Below, in pieces: positions 35,426 through 48,300 of a stretch of 64,000 bases of DNA (positions are counted from its first letter, which is position 1; the number at the start of each line of letters is the position of its first letter). The translations under genes and the position numbers were made by a program. Origin of the DNA: Cyanophora paradoxa CCMP329 (taxonomy: Eukaryota > Plantae > Glaucophyta); NCBI GenBank assembly GCA_004431415.1, contig QPMI01000477.1, positions 1-64,000 on the forward strand, read 5' to 3'. The notes beneath the pieces were generated by a model that did not search any database, was not told the DNA's origin, and was given only the letters and a program-made list of their open reading frames with translations.

Positions 35426-36226
35426 ATGTTCAAGTCTCAGCAAACCAACGGACTCCAAGTGACTCTTTATGAGAAAGCCGACCGTTACGTTGTCCGTCAT
35501 CTTATCGATAACTTTGATGATTTGAAGTATCGCCCACACGTTGATGCTTCAAATACTCTTTCAATGCTTAATCGGTATATTACTAATATCGATCGCAATG
35601 GACGTGTTGAAGTTAAGTATAATCAGTGCAAACACAACACCGGACGCTACTACTCTAACATCAAACAAATCAAAAAGAAACAGGTGTCGATGCAAGAGAT
35701 GCCCCGTGAATTTCGTCACACGATTGCTCGCGAAAAATACATCGATATTGATATGAAGAATGCGCACCCAACGATTCTCCTCCAATATTGTAAAAAAAAT
35801 GATATCTCTTGTGAAGGTGTGAATGATTACGTCCAAAATCGCGATTCTATCATTGCCGATATTACGGAAAGGAGTGGTCTTTCTCGTGAAGATATCAAAC
35901 AAGCGTTTCTCTCTTTGATTAACGGTGGCGGTGGTTCTGTTGAGAATCAAGTTCTAACGACACATCCCAAGTTCTTAGCGGTCAAGAACGAAATCACTGG
36001 TATTCACGCTCAAATTGCAAGCATGGATGAAAATAAGAAGTTTCTTCTGATCTGCAAGCGCAAGAAAGAGTTTAACGTTCTCGGCTCTGTGATGAACATG
36101 GTTCTCTGCAACATTGAAAATCAGTGTCTCATTACTCTTTGCGAATATCTTACAACACTTGGTCTCACTGTCGGAGTTCTCGTTTTCGATGGCTGTATGA
36201 TTGAGATGCCTTCCCTGTACCTTTGA
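35426..36226 (+). pseudogene. Truncated family-A-like (TVpol) DNA polymerase/primase domain of PLV/virophage/NCLDV type
   Basis: GRYYS..SMQEMPREFR; motif A YIDIDMKNAHPTILLQ; motif B IKQAFLSLINGG; motif C VLVFDGCMI. Cut off immediately afterwards by LINE sequence at 36206. Confidence 0.75.
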
Positions 36227-36983
36227 TTCCGTTCCCTTTGTCGTTAGCTCTGCCTCTTCCTCCTCCATCTCTCACTGTTAGCCCTCAGGCAGTTCCGCCT
36301 CTTTATCTTCAGCGACCGTCAGACCGTATAGTTTTTGGCAGCGAGTATTTTGTGTATGGTGACGTTCCTCGTGTGTACCCTTCTCTCTCTTCTACTTCGC
36401 TATATTTGCCTCTCCCGCCTGGTTCAGCCCCATCGTCTGCCTTCCCTGTCACTACTGGCTTGCGTTTCGCCCCTCCTCTTATACTGCCGATTCCGAGTCT
36501 GCACCCAAGCTCTGCCCCTTTCCTCGTGTCGTCCCCAGTTCCTCAGATTAGTCTTCAGCCGTCCATTGTTTTACCAACTCCTCCACCTTCCAGTTCCTCG
36601 TGTATTCCATGCCTTCCCTGTACCTTTGATTCCGTTCCCTTTGTCGTTAGCTCTGCCTCTTCCTCCTCCATCTCTCACTGTTAGCCCTCAGGCAGTTCCG
36701 CCTCTTTATCTTCAGCGACCGTCAGACCGTATAGTTTTTGGCAGCGAGTATTTTGTGTATGGTGACGTTCCTCGTGTGTACCCTTCTCTCTCTTCTACTT
36801 CGCTATATTTGCCTCTCCCGCCTGGTTCAGCCCCATCGTCTGCCTTCCCTGTCACTACTGGCTTGCGTTTCGCCCCTCCTCTTATACTGCCGATTCCGAG
36901 TCTGCACCCAAGCTCTGCCCCTTTCCTCGTGTCGTCCCCAGTTCCTCAGATTAGTCTTCAGCCGTCCATTGTTTTACCAACTC
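36206..36983 (+). repeat. 403-bp tandem duplication in the Pro/Ser-rich LINE tail
   Basis: ATGCCTTCCCTGTACCTTTGATTCC begins at 36206 and again at 36609; the match continues to about 36983. Confidence 0.9.
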
Positions 36984-38957
36984 TACAATCTCGATTCCGT
37001 TTAGACACTCCGCCAGCTTCGACTTTCCCCTCTAGTGGTGTCCTACGTTTCGCCTCTCCTACTGTTCTACCGCCTTTGCCTCCTGCGACTACGTCTTCTA
37101 GTTCTAGATCTGCTGTTAGCTCTGTCTTGTCGTCTTCGTCTAGATCTTCGTCTTCGACTGTAGTTCCTCGTGCTCGTTCTCCTTATTTGCTGCGTCCCCG
37201 TGCTCCTCGTCGTTCTAGTGTGACTAGTACTTCTGCGTCGACGCCCTTGAGCTCTTCTACTCCTTCTCCTCGTGCTCGTTCTCCTTATCTTTTGCGTTCT
37301 TCTGATCGTGTCCCTTCTCGTGATCCCTCTTGATTCTGTATATATTTTGTGCTAGTTTACTGTATCTTTGATTTGTGATTGCTTTGTTGTCTTTAATATC
37401 ACTACCTACGGGGGGTTCGCCCCACCGTAGTCTCTCAAAAAAAAAATTTTCAGGCTTGTATGGGGCGGACCCCCGGCGGTTAATTGTATGGGCGACTTAC
37501 TGTACCCGTTTTATGACGGTTTCAAATTATGTCGTTAGATCGATCATGTCCGAACCGACATAATTTGGTACCGACATAGTAAAGACTGTAAAGTGCCCGT
37601 CATATTATTGTGTTACACGGTAAAAGTTTTTGAGCGATCCTCCGAGGCTCAGGGCCTGCCAGGCTGATCTACTAGTAGTAGTCTAGTACTAAATATTTCA
37701 CGCCTGCATCAGGCATATGCATCAGTGTTTGATATACTTTCATTGCGCAAGCTTTCACTGTGAAAGCTTTCTAGAAAGCTTTCTGAAAGCTTTCATGCCC
37801 AAAAACGCAGGTGAAAGCTTTCAGTTTCGTTGAAACGGGGGGGTACCCTACAGCAGGCCTTCCGACGGAGTTTCATGCGGAAAACGACGGATTTGAGCAA
37901 GCTAGAGTGCAACAAAGCATAATGCCACACGGTGCAAACGGTTGCATGACGTTGTGGAAGGGCGGGGGCCGCTGGGGAAGGTGGCAGCCTCCGGAGCTGT
38001 ACCCCCTCTTCCACTGAAACTTGGCTGAAAGGAGCTCAGGAGCACACCAGGGCCATGCGGGCTTTAAGATTGCAGTTGGAGATGACATTGGAAAGCATAT
38101 ACTTGTGTTTGGACGCTTGCTTGAAACAGAATATTTCCGGTTTCGCTGGGCAAGGTTTCCTTGTATGGGAGCAATCCTTTCAGAAAGCTTTCAGTGCCAT
38201 GCAGCAGTGCATGCATTGGCTGATCAATTTTGCAGCGTCTGGCGCCGCAGACTGGCCCATGGGCCGCGGTAGGCTACCGGCCGGTACCGTAAAACAGAAT
38301 ATATGTACGGTCCCAAATTATGTCGTCATGAAAATTTTCAGGCTTGTATGGGGCGGACCCCCGGCGGTTAATTGTATGGGCGACTTACTGTACTGTGCAC
38401 TTCAGAGAGCATATAAGGTCGTTCAAACAGCCCGGGCGTCCAGAAAGCTTTGTGCCATTGGCAGTGCATGCTGCAGCTGGGGCCCGGGGGCCGGGGGCCG
38501 GGGCCGAGAATTCGTAGGGGAAGCTCCGTGTCCGTCATACAAAAGCCCTGCAGCTGTCACCGTGGCACACAGTCTCACACTTGCCCCTAATTATAAGCCT
38601 TGCCCCTAAAATTTCGGCGGGCTGATTCCGAATTTCGGCGCTCCAAAATCCGAATTTCCGAAATTCGGCAACCCTAAGCCTGGCACATGCTGGCAGGCTG
38701 TGGAAGGCACAGTTAGGCACTGGCAGCCTCCGATCGCGAGCTGGCTCGACGTCAACGTTCAACGGTTCGCACCCTGCCCGTGCGGCCAGGCGGATCCGAC
38801 CGGAGTCTCTCTCTCTGCCAGAGAGTCTCTGGTCCGGAGAAGGGGGAATAGATATCGATTATCATAGTATCGATATCGATGAATTCATCAACGCGACGTC
38901 AAGCGCTATTACTCTAGTACTGTACTGTCCGTGCGGCACAGGAAAATAAGCGGCCCA

Positions 38958-41900
38958 CTATCGCAGGTTCCCGTCGGTCGATTTGCAATCGATGGACTGG
39001 CGATCCGGGGTCAGAGTTATCGCCATCTGGGCGAAGGCGCCGGTTAGGGAAGGGGCGGGTCCCGAGAGTAGTTCAGACGCTGAAGGCACCTTGTTCTTCT
39101 TGAACCACTCGAGGACCGCGGGTACGCTGTCGAACGCGAGCTGCTTGGCCACCCAGTGCAGCTCGACGTCGGGCCGGTACCTGGGGGGTACGTATACGCC
39201 GTCGGGAACGGGGGTACTGAATCGGGGGGGGGGGGGGGGGGGGAGGCGGCGCACGCGCGGACGATGGTCTTGAGGGCCGACGCGCGCACGCGGTCGATGA
39301 AGAGGTCGAGGAGGTACCCCCCCATGTTCGGCGCCTGCCGCCCCCGGCTCGCGAGCGACCGGGCGCTTGGGGGGGGTACAGGGAAACCCGCCTCGCGGTA
39401 GAGCCGGAAGAAGGCGGTGTAGTCGTTGTGCATCGCCGAGCGGGCCGTCTGCGGTCGCCGGCGGCCTCAGGCGGGGCCGGCGGGGGCGGGGCGGGAGGGG
39501 CGGCCGTGGGGCGCGGGGGCGGGCCTGGATGGCGTGCTTGACGGGCCCCTCCTGCTGGCGCTCCTCGACGCTCAGCTCGGAGAGCACCGTCGCGATGTCC
39601 GCCGTGATGTTGAACCTGCCCGCCCCGTCAGCCCCAGAGCTCCAGCCGCGGGCTCCGAGGCGCCCAGGCGGGGCGGAGCGGGGCGGGGCGGGGCGGGGCG
39701 GGGCGGGGCGAGCGGGCGGGCCGGAGATTGTAGAGGATTCGGTAGGCGGAGAACTCGGCCTGGGAGCCGGCGACGCCCGAGCGGTACAGGATCTTCAGCT
39801 GCGTCTGGCACTGGTTGTACTCGTTCAGGTCGCTCTGCGGAGGGTAGGGAGGGGAGGGGAGGGAAGGGGAGGGCAGCCCGTCAGTAGAAGACGCGGCGGG
39901 GCGGCGCTGGGGCGGGGGGGCCGGGGAGGCGCGCGCCTTCTCGAGGGCGAGCCGCGCATGCGTCTCGTAGACGTCCACGGTGAACTTGTCCTTGATCCGC
40001 TGCGCCCGGCGCCCGCTCAGGCAGGGAGCTCGAAGCGAGGCGAGGCGAGGCGAGGCCCGGCGGGCGGGCGCCACGGCGGGCGGAGGCGAACGCTCGCCTG
40101 GACGGTGAGGTCCTGCCGGATGGACTTGAGCTGCTCGTTCGCGTAGTTCCAGTCGCAGCTCTCTGCGCGATGGAGTCGCGCCGGCGCCGGCCGAGGAGTC
40201 GGGGCGGGGCGGGGCGGGGCGCACGGTCCTTCCACTTGCGCTTGATCATCTTGAGGGACTCCTTCAGCACCTCCGCCGGCCGCACCGTCGACGGGTCCGG
40301 CGCCTGGCGGACCCCCCCGTCGGCCCGGGGGAAGGGGGAGGGGAGAGGGGGGCACCGAGGTGAGGCGGAGGTACTGCTTCTCGAGGTTCTGGCAGGTACC
40401 CCGAATCGTGCCCCAGTCCACAGCGTCCGGGTCGTCGTGCTGGGGGGGGAGGAGGGGAGGGGTACGAGGTCAGGCCGGGGAACGGGGAGGGAGGGGTTGA
40501 GGCGTGAGCGAACCTGGCCGCCGGCGTCGTTCTCGTTCGTTGGGCTGGCCCCGTATGCGGAGTACTGCGACGGCACTCAGGCGAGGCGGGAGGGGCGGGG
40601 CGGGGCGGGGCGGGGCAGGGGGGCACCATGATGCGCTGCTTGCGCTTGGCGGCGGCGGCAGCGGCCGACGTGGAGGCCGCGGAGACGAACTGGATGGGGA
40701 GGGGGCTGGCGGAGGAGGCCGCGTCGCCGGCGCCGAGGAACTGCTCGAAGCGCTTGAAGCGCCGCGATCGCCGCTCCGCCTCCACCGCGTCGTCCGCCCC
40801 CGCCCCCGCCACGATCCCCGCCCTGCCCCGCCCCCCCGCCCCCCCGTCGCCCCCGGCCCCGTCGCGGGGAGAAGGAGGAGGGCGCACTTCTTGGCCTTCT
40901 TGGCGGCCTGGGCGCCGGCGCGGGCGGCCTGCTGGTGGAGGGCGGACTGCGCGGCGAGGGCCGCCTGCGCCGCCGCCTTCGCCTTGGCCTTCTTCGACGT
41001 CGGCAGGCCCGCCGGCTCCTCCTCCTCCTCCAGCGAGAACCTGCCCGCCCCCGCCCCGCTCGATCGGGCGGGACCGGCGGGGGGAGCGGGGGAAGGGGGT
41101 GCGGGGGAAGGGGGTGCGGGCGCACAGGTTCGCCCGCTTCCTCCCCACCCCGTCCGAGAGCTTCAGCTCGGGCTTGGGCGCCACGGGCGCCGCCGGGCGC
41201 TCCGACGGCACTCTGCGCGCGCGCGGGTTCGGAGGCGGGGTGGCGGAGGGATTCGAGAGAGAGTACGGCGCACTCGGGCAGCGGCTCCTTCTCCCACTCG
41301 TGCTGCCAGAGGGCCCCCGGCCCCTTGGAGGAGACCTGCCGCGCCCGCTCGGGGCCGTGTACCCCGGCGGGAGGGGACTACTCCGCACGGCGGTGATGGT
41401 CTTGCGGAGGGTCGCCTCGAGGGCCGTGCGGTCGGTGTCCGTCTTGCACCTGCGGGGCGCGGTGAGGCGCGGGGCGGCCGGCCGCGGGCCCCGGCGGGCC
41501 CGAGCACCTTTGGAACGCCCGCTCGACCCAGGCCTTGAGGTTGGGTGGGAAGTGCGACGCCCCGCCGGCCGCCCCGCCCCCCGCCCCGCCCGCCGCCGCC
41601 CCCGGTGCCCCCCCCGTGGCCGGAGGCATCGCGGCCTTCTTGATCTGCGCCGCTGCGGCGGCTGCGGCCGCCGCCCCCGCGATCGCCGCGTCGTTCGCGA
41701 TGCCGGGCCTGCGCGGCGCGGTCTGAGGGGGACGCTCTGCAAGCAGGCCGGCTCGGGGCGCACGGCTTGGGCTTGATTTCGGCCTTGTGCGGGTTCCAGC
41801 CGAACTTGATCCCGCCCGGTGCCGGCGCACCGGCAGCGGGCGCCCCCGCCGCCGGCAGCTGGTGGGAGCCCAGCGCGAACGAGCCCGCGGCCGCCGCGCC

Positions 41901-42663
41901 GGCCGCCGTGGGCGTCGTCGGCTTAGATGCCGCCGCCGCCGCGAGCGCCGAGGCGGGCGGCGCGGCCACTCCGCCGTAGTAGCCCCTGCCGGGGCGTCAG
42001 CAAGCGCGCGGGGAAGCCCCCTCGCGGCGTCCGGAGGGGCGGGCGGGGCGCACCCGAAGTAGTTGGCGTAAGGCTGCGCGGGCGTGGCCGCTTGCTGGGC
42101 CTGCGTGTTCCAGGGCGCCTTCGCTAGGGCCGCGTTGGTGGCAGCCGACGCGGCGGGGGCGGCCACGGCTTGAGCGTAGGTGTAGCTGCGGGCAGACGAA
42201 ACCTTAGATGCGAGGCGACGGAGGCTCTCGCGGGCAACTCACGGATAGCTTGCGCCGTAGGCCGCGGCAGCGGCAGCGGCGTGCGCTTGTTGCGCCTGCC
42301 ACGCCGCGTACTGTGCCTGCCACGCCGCGTAAGCATTGGGGTCTGCGGGTGCTGCGGGGGCCCCAGGGGCCGTGCCCGCCCTGCAGAATGGCCGCGTCAG
42401 CCCGAATGGCAGGGAGGCGCTCCGAAGCGTGGAAGGCGCACCCAGGCCAAGCTGCCGGTGCTGCGGGTGTCGCGCTCGCGCCTACTGCGGGCGCTGGCGC
42501 GCCGCCGCTGGCGGCAGCGGCCGCTCCGTTCGCCGCGGACGCCACCTTGCTAATTCGGGGACCTGCCGGTTCCCTTGTGCTGTTCAGCGGTGCTCTCGGC
42601 TTTGGCTGATCGTTTTTTCCGCTGGCCTCGTGTAACTGCGGGTACACCTTTCGAGTTGGCCAT
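38958..42663 (-). CDS. SAC3/GANP/THP3-family protein (LENG8-like), spliced; start approximate
   Basis: [101 protein letters not shown]. Confidence 0.92.
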
Positions 42664-43699
42664 GGGGTACAGCAAGCTCCACGACTTCGCTTCGAACTTC
42701 GAATTCGAATTCGGACACGAATTCCGACTCGGGCTACTAGAATTCGGACACGTGTGCTTGCCTGTTCAACGACTTCGCGCCGCGCAGGGCCGCCCCGCGA
42801 GCGCTGGGCCCCGCTGGCACTAGCTGTGTCGCTGCGTCAACCGTTGAACAGGCCTAGGTACGTGTGCTCATGATCGATATCGGCGGCGCTTCGAATTCGA
42901 ACTCAAGGCCGAGGCTAAAGCTTGCGCTTGCAAACTAAATTGCACGCACTGCGGCATGCGCGCGCGCCACGGCGCGCGACGGCTGGGCGCCGTGGGCGGC
43001 TGGCCATGGGAATTCGCGAAGCTCATGATCGATGTCATTGATCATGATCAAGATCTATTTTTTTTTTTGGTGAATTACCGGCCACAGTCTCTAGACACCA
43101 GCACTGCGGGGGCTGCCCAGGGGGCATAGAGACAAAATAGCAAAATAACTAAGACAAGAGCACGAAGAAAGATAAGACAAAGAGCCAAAATCGACAATAA
43201 AAAAGGAAAGACACAGAGCTCGAGACAGATCGATTGCGAGAAGAGACGATAAATCGAGCAGATCTAGGGACAGAGGATAACTGACACGAAGAAGAGCCAG
43301 AGCTAGAGGATAACTGACACGAAGAAGAGCCAGAGCTAGAGATACCATCAATATCAGAAGGAATTACATCACTAAGAAGCGGGGGACAAAATTGAGAAAG
43401 ATAAATAACAGGAAGAAGACAAGTAAGAGGAACAACAAGACGACATGGAGGCGGAGGCGAAGCAGGACGATGCGAAAGGGCAGAGCTACGGCACGAGGTC
43501 GAGGAGGACACAGGAGGCGGAGCAGGCGGATCAAGAGCAGGCAAAAGAACAGTCAAAGGAATCACTAAAGCCGGCCGGGGTCGAGGCGGGCAATCGAACT
43601 GCAAACGACGGCGAACAACAGGTCGAGCACGAGGACTATAGCTAGTATTGAAACTAACTCTAGCATCAACACTACGATCAGAATCCGAACCAGACCGAA

Positions 43700-45394
43700 C
43701 TAAACTAGAAGACGAAGAAGTACGCCGGCGCCGGCGGGATACGATCGCGACCAGCGAAGCAGAAGACAAGGACAAAGGCGGTAGTCCGGTATCAAGAACA
43801 AAGGCCGGAGGGTCCGGCCCGGCAAACCGCCGGGGGAAGTAGAAGGAGCCGCAGGCTCGGCAAGCCGGCGACGGGTACGACCACGAGTCCGGAAGGAGAT
43901 CGGGGAAGCCGGTCCCGGAGCTGAGGGCCCAGGAGCAGAGCCAGGAGAAGGTAAGCCCGGCGAGAAATCTGACCCGGAGCCGGAACCCAGCGAACGACGA
44001 CGACGAAGAGGCCCCCGAGGAGCCACGACGGGGGAGCTACCGAGCAAAGTACTGACAGCCGGCGCCGAACACGGCGGCGGAGGTACCCCGCAGACAGTGG
44101 CAGGCGGAGAGTCCAGGGTCGATCGAGAGATCCGCCGACGGGAATGCGGCGGGGGCCGACGAGACGGAAGAGGCGAGGAGGGGGCCGAGGAAGGGTCGGA
44201 GGCAGGGGAAGGGCCACGAGCAGGTGACGGGGATCGCTGCCGGCGCCGAAGAGAGGGCAGCAAAGCAGGAGAAAGGTCGGGTGGCGCCGGAGCAGATGAC
44301 ACGGAGGTCATGGCCATGGGCGGTGCAGAGAGAGACGAGCTCGAGGGCGCAAGGGCCCGACGAGGGCGCCGGCGGCGAATCTCACGAGCGCCAGGAAGCG
44401 GGATAGGACCCGCAGATGGGACCCGAGGCGCCGAAGGGGGAGCAGGGAGCCGGAATGACGGGGAGATCGAAAAGAGGACAGTCTCGCCAACACTCGGAAG
44501 CGGGGCAGAGGCCGAGGACCCGGAGCTCGAGGGGGGGAGGGAGGGCGGAGGAGGAGAGAGGAGGCGGCTATTCGAAGGGTATGGAGAATCGAGAGCGGAG
44601 GCGAGGGAGGCCGAAGTGATGGCGAGCTCTGGAGGCGAGGGGGCCTGCAAGCGGATCCGGGAAAGTGGATGCAGACGCAAAGAGACCGGGGACGTAGAGG
44701 CGGGAGGGGCATGCAAAAAGATAGTGCCGCCCAGCGTCACAGTTGCAGAAGCGGGGGCAAGAAGGATGGGCTGAAGAGGGGGCTGAACCAGGAGGACGTC
44801 AGAAAGAGGGCCTCGCAGGGGCGGAAGTGGAGGAGCAAGGGGAAGAGGTAAGAAGGGGTATGGAGCTGCAAGATGACCAGGGACCTGCCGGGGAACAGGC
44901 AAGTGAAGAGGCCCCGTGACAGCAAGTTGTAAGGAGGGAGGAGGCAGAGGCGGGGCCAGAGGGCCAAGGAGCACAGGGATCGGGACCGCAGGGAATGGGG
45001 GGAAAGGAGCGTCGAGAGGGGCAGCGAGAGCAGGAATAGGAATGGGCCCAAGGGTCACTACAGGGGCCAGAGCAGGAGGGGACGGCGCAGGAGGCGGGCG
45101 ACCACCAGGGATCCCCAACGGGACATTCCCACGAACGGCAAACTCCGCAGGATTCCGGAGGACAGAATCGATGTCACGCGAAGAGACGAGGTTGTCAGCA
45201 CCGCCCGAAGAAGGAGCGCCGGACGAGTCAGAATCAGAGCTTGAACTAGAACGATGAGAACCGGTACCAGACTCTGAATCATGTGCGTCATCATCCGAGG
45301 CAGCCTGATCATCAGCGTCAGCAGCAGCCAAGCGAGCGCGCCGCTCCTCCAACAAGGCCGAAGCCTGCGAAAGGGTGAACTCGAGGTACGACAT
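43700..45394 (-). CDS. LINE Pro/Ser-rich 3' ORF (ORF3 or frameshifted ORF2 tail)
   Basis: 564-aa open frame inside the TSD-bounded element, low complexity. Confidence 0.45.
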   Translation of the reverse strand: MSYLEFTLSQASALLEERRARLAAADADDQAASDDDAHDSESGTGSHRSSSSSDSDSSGAPSSGGADNLVSSRDIDSVLRNPAEFAVRGNVPLGIPGGRPPPAPSPPALAPVVTLGPIPIPALAAPLDAPFPPFPAVPIPVLLGPLAPPLPPPSLQLAVTGPLHLPVPRQVPGHLAAPYPFLPLPLAPPLPPLRGPLSDVLLVQPPLQPILLAPASATVTLGGTIFLHAPPASTSPVSLRLHPLSRIRLQAPSPPELAITSASLASALDSPYPSNSRLLSPPPPSLPPSSSGSSASAPLPSVGETVLFSISPSFRLPAPPSAPRVPSAGPIPLPGAREIRRRRPRRALAPSSSSLSAPPMAMTSVSSAPAPPDLSPALLPSLRRRQRSPSPARGPSPASDPSSAPSSPLPSRRPPPHSRRRISRSTLDSPPATVCGVPPPPCSAPAVSTLLGSSPVVAPRGPLRRRRSLGSGSGSDFSPGLPSPGSAPGPSAPGPASPISFRTRGRTRRRLAEPAAPSTSPGGLPGRTLRPLFLIPDYRLCPCLLLRWSRSYPAGAGVLLRLLV

Positions 45395-48300
45395 ATTTCT
45401 GTCCCAGGCGGCAACAAGCGCGGCGCGGTTGTAAGAAGGCGCATCAATGTCAGCCTCCTCAAGATCGCACCGAGCGCGAGCAACCTGTTGGATGGAAAAT
45501 ACGCCAGCAAGGATCGCTCCAAGTGAGCGAAGGCAGAAGGCGGGTTAACTTTACTGCGCAAAATGGGCCCAGATAAATCCGGAACCGAGAGGATGTGGAA
45601 GAGAGAGAGCTCAGGCACTGCGACCTCTTCACGCTCATCCGGTGGAAGAGTAGAAGCCCAGAAATTCAGGCGCTCACGAATGAAATCCCAGAACGAACGA
45701 GAAAGCGGGCACTCAGAGAAAACGTGCGCGTGAGAGCGAGCAGATCCGTCATTACAAACCCGACAGGAACGACGGCGGGGCGACTGTTGCTCGCCCAAAC
45801 GATACAATTTGAAATGCAAACGGTAAAGAGCATCGATCCAAAGCATCGGGAAACACTGAAGGACGACAAGATTAGGAAGACGGGACGGAGACAAGGCGCC
45901 GGGAAACCCCCACTTAGCATCGGGCATCTGAGCGTGGCTAGACACATCGCGAAGCCGCTGGACCTCAAGGCAGTAGAAGCGACGAACAGAGGAGAGGCGG
46001 AGAGGGAGCATACGAGCGAAAGTGAACGCAAGATTATCAAGAGAAAGAAAGGCCGAAGGGCCTGCGCCAAGAACAAAAAGGCCAGGCAGGGTCCCGCGAC
46101 GAAGAGAGAGGAAGACAGCGCTGAAGCAAACATGCAGCGGGAGCAAACGGGACAGAATTGAATTGGAGCTCGAGGATAGGCCCACAGGGTGGGAAGCCGC
46201 AGGGCGGCAAGGAACGCGCGGTATGTAGTCCAGCACCCGTGGAATTATCTGGTTATCGCGAACGGGGAAGGCAACAAAAGTACCACTTGGGCCTCGAAGG
46301 AGAGCAAACGAGGCGTCCGGTCCGGACCACCAGAGATGCTGAGGCGGCGATGCAGGGGCCTCGAGAACCTGGCGCCAAGTAGCCGGGAGCGCAGAACACA
46401 GACTAGGGAAAAAGGAGTGGAGGGCGGAGGAGGCAGCTGCTGGAGCCCGGAACCCCGGGCAGCACAATCCCAGATATCGCAGACCCGCAGCAAGCCGGAC
46501 CGTGCACAGCGACTCCAGTCGACCTCGTCGCCGGGAGTACTGAACAGAGGATTGAAGAAAAGAGGTTGGGATAACACTTCGGGAGAGTTACGAGGTTGAC
46601 ACACGCCCTGGCGCTGAGCCCACTCGGAGAGAGTCCGCTTCCAAATAGGAGGCAAGTCAAGTCTGTCAAGTGGGAGGCGGAGCGAGACAAGGGCGGGGCC
46701 ATAGGAAAAAGGTGCCAGCTGAGCGTCCAGTTTGCTCAAGAGGTACTCCTTCCAAGGAGCTGAACAAGAGGGGTCAGCGAGCAAGGCCACCCACTTCATT
46801 TTCAGCGATAACGAAAAAGCTCGAATATCCGGGCAGTTGAGACCACCTTGACGCCACGGCAGAGGAGAAATATACTTCGAAAGCTGCCCGCTCACGCCAG
46901 CAAAAGCGCGAAGCTTCTCTTGCCATGTCGAATACTGAGCATCAGGGGGGTCAAGCAAATATAGAGCATAATGTAGGGACCCAATAAATACAGCCCAGGC
47001 AAGGAGAACGCCGGAACGCATCGGCATGCGATAAGTCTTCGCTTGCTGGACACGGATATCAAGAGCAGCGGTCTTTTTCCGCCAGAACCGAGACAGATCG
47101 GGCTCTAGTGGAAAGCCCAGGTATTTTCGAATTTTTTCAGCGGGAGGGAGATCCGTCACCTGAAGACGCCGCCAGGGGCAGTCCTCGACGCTAGGCCAGG
47201 CATGTGCGGGGATATCGCGGAGTGGAAGAAGGCTAGATTTCTCGAGATTAATAAGAGCTCCAGAGAGCCGGCAGTATTTATCAAAGCACTCTTTCCAGAA
47301 AGGCAATTCGGTAAAAGACGAGATTAAAGGAACCGTGTCGTCTGCAAACTGGAGCACCTTGCAAAGAGAGCTAGAGGACAAGCGGACACCTCGTATACGA
47401 GCATCAGCATTAATCAAAAGGGCTAAAAGGTGTGTGCACAAATTATATAGATAGGGCGAAAGGGGGCCACCCTGACGTACACCGCATCGAATGGGGAAAG
47501 GGGCGGAGGTCCAGCCGTTAATGTGAACAGAACCCTGCAGATCAGAGTAGAGCAGGCGGACCCACTTGATAAATTGGGACCCGAAACCGAACTGTTCGAG
47601 CGACCAGAAAAGGAAGCTCCAGTTAACGCGGTCATAGGCTTTTGAAAAATCAAGAAATCCGAAGCACAGCTGTTCAAGTGCAGGATTACCGCCCTCGTAA
47701 TGCATGAGAAGATAAACAAGCATAACCTGGTGCACTGCGGACCGACGATGAATAAAGCCAGACTGAAAGCGGGATACAAGACCAGACATGAGTGGCGTTA
47801 AGCGGTTGGAGAGGGCGCGCTCGACTGCACGCTCTTCGACATTAGAGAGAGAAATTGGGCGGCGATTTGCAATCAAAGTAGGGTCCGTTGCCGGTTTAGT
47901 AATAGGAGTAATGAGGACGTGCCGCAAAGACTCGGACGGCTGCCCAGACTCATACATAGCAGCGATGTAAGCACAGAAATCGGGGCCAATCTCATCAAAA
48001 AAGTGAACGTAGAATTCAGCAGGGAGACCATCGATGCCAGGAGACTTGGCTCCGCCAGACATCTCCTTAAAAGCACGAAATAGTTCTCCAGACGATAAGT
48101 CAGAGTCAAGATCAGCAGACTCAGTAGGGAGCAGGCGGTGAGGGGAATAGAGAGAGGCAACGCCAGACCGCTCAGCTAGCGACCGATCAACCGCGGCCTG
48201 AGCTGCAGCGCCGTCATATAGTTGAGCGTAATAGGCGGAAGAAAGCTCGAGCAAAGTGCGGGGGTCGTCCGACGCGGCCTCTGGGCCTTCGGTGTCGAGG

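Larger units (their letters stand above)
34744..37442 (+). mobile_element. Chimeric insertion: viral-type DNA (34744-36205) fused to a LINE 3' end (36206-37442), with poly(A) and 15-bp TSD
   Basis: TSD AAAATTTTCAGGCTT at 34729-34743 and 37443-37457; single copy in the empty-site paralogue at 38331-38345; poly(A) from 37437. Confidence 0.85.
34685..37620. mobile_element. CCGT-TIR MITE (TA TSD) interrupted by a 2.7-kb retro-insertion
   Basis: Ends TA|CCGTAAAACA...TGTTACACGG|TA. Internal sequence matches 38286-38393 and 60336-60585. Confidence 0.7.
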
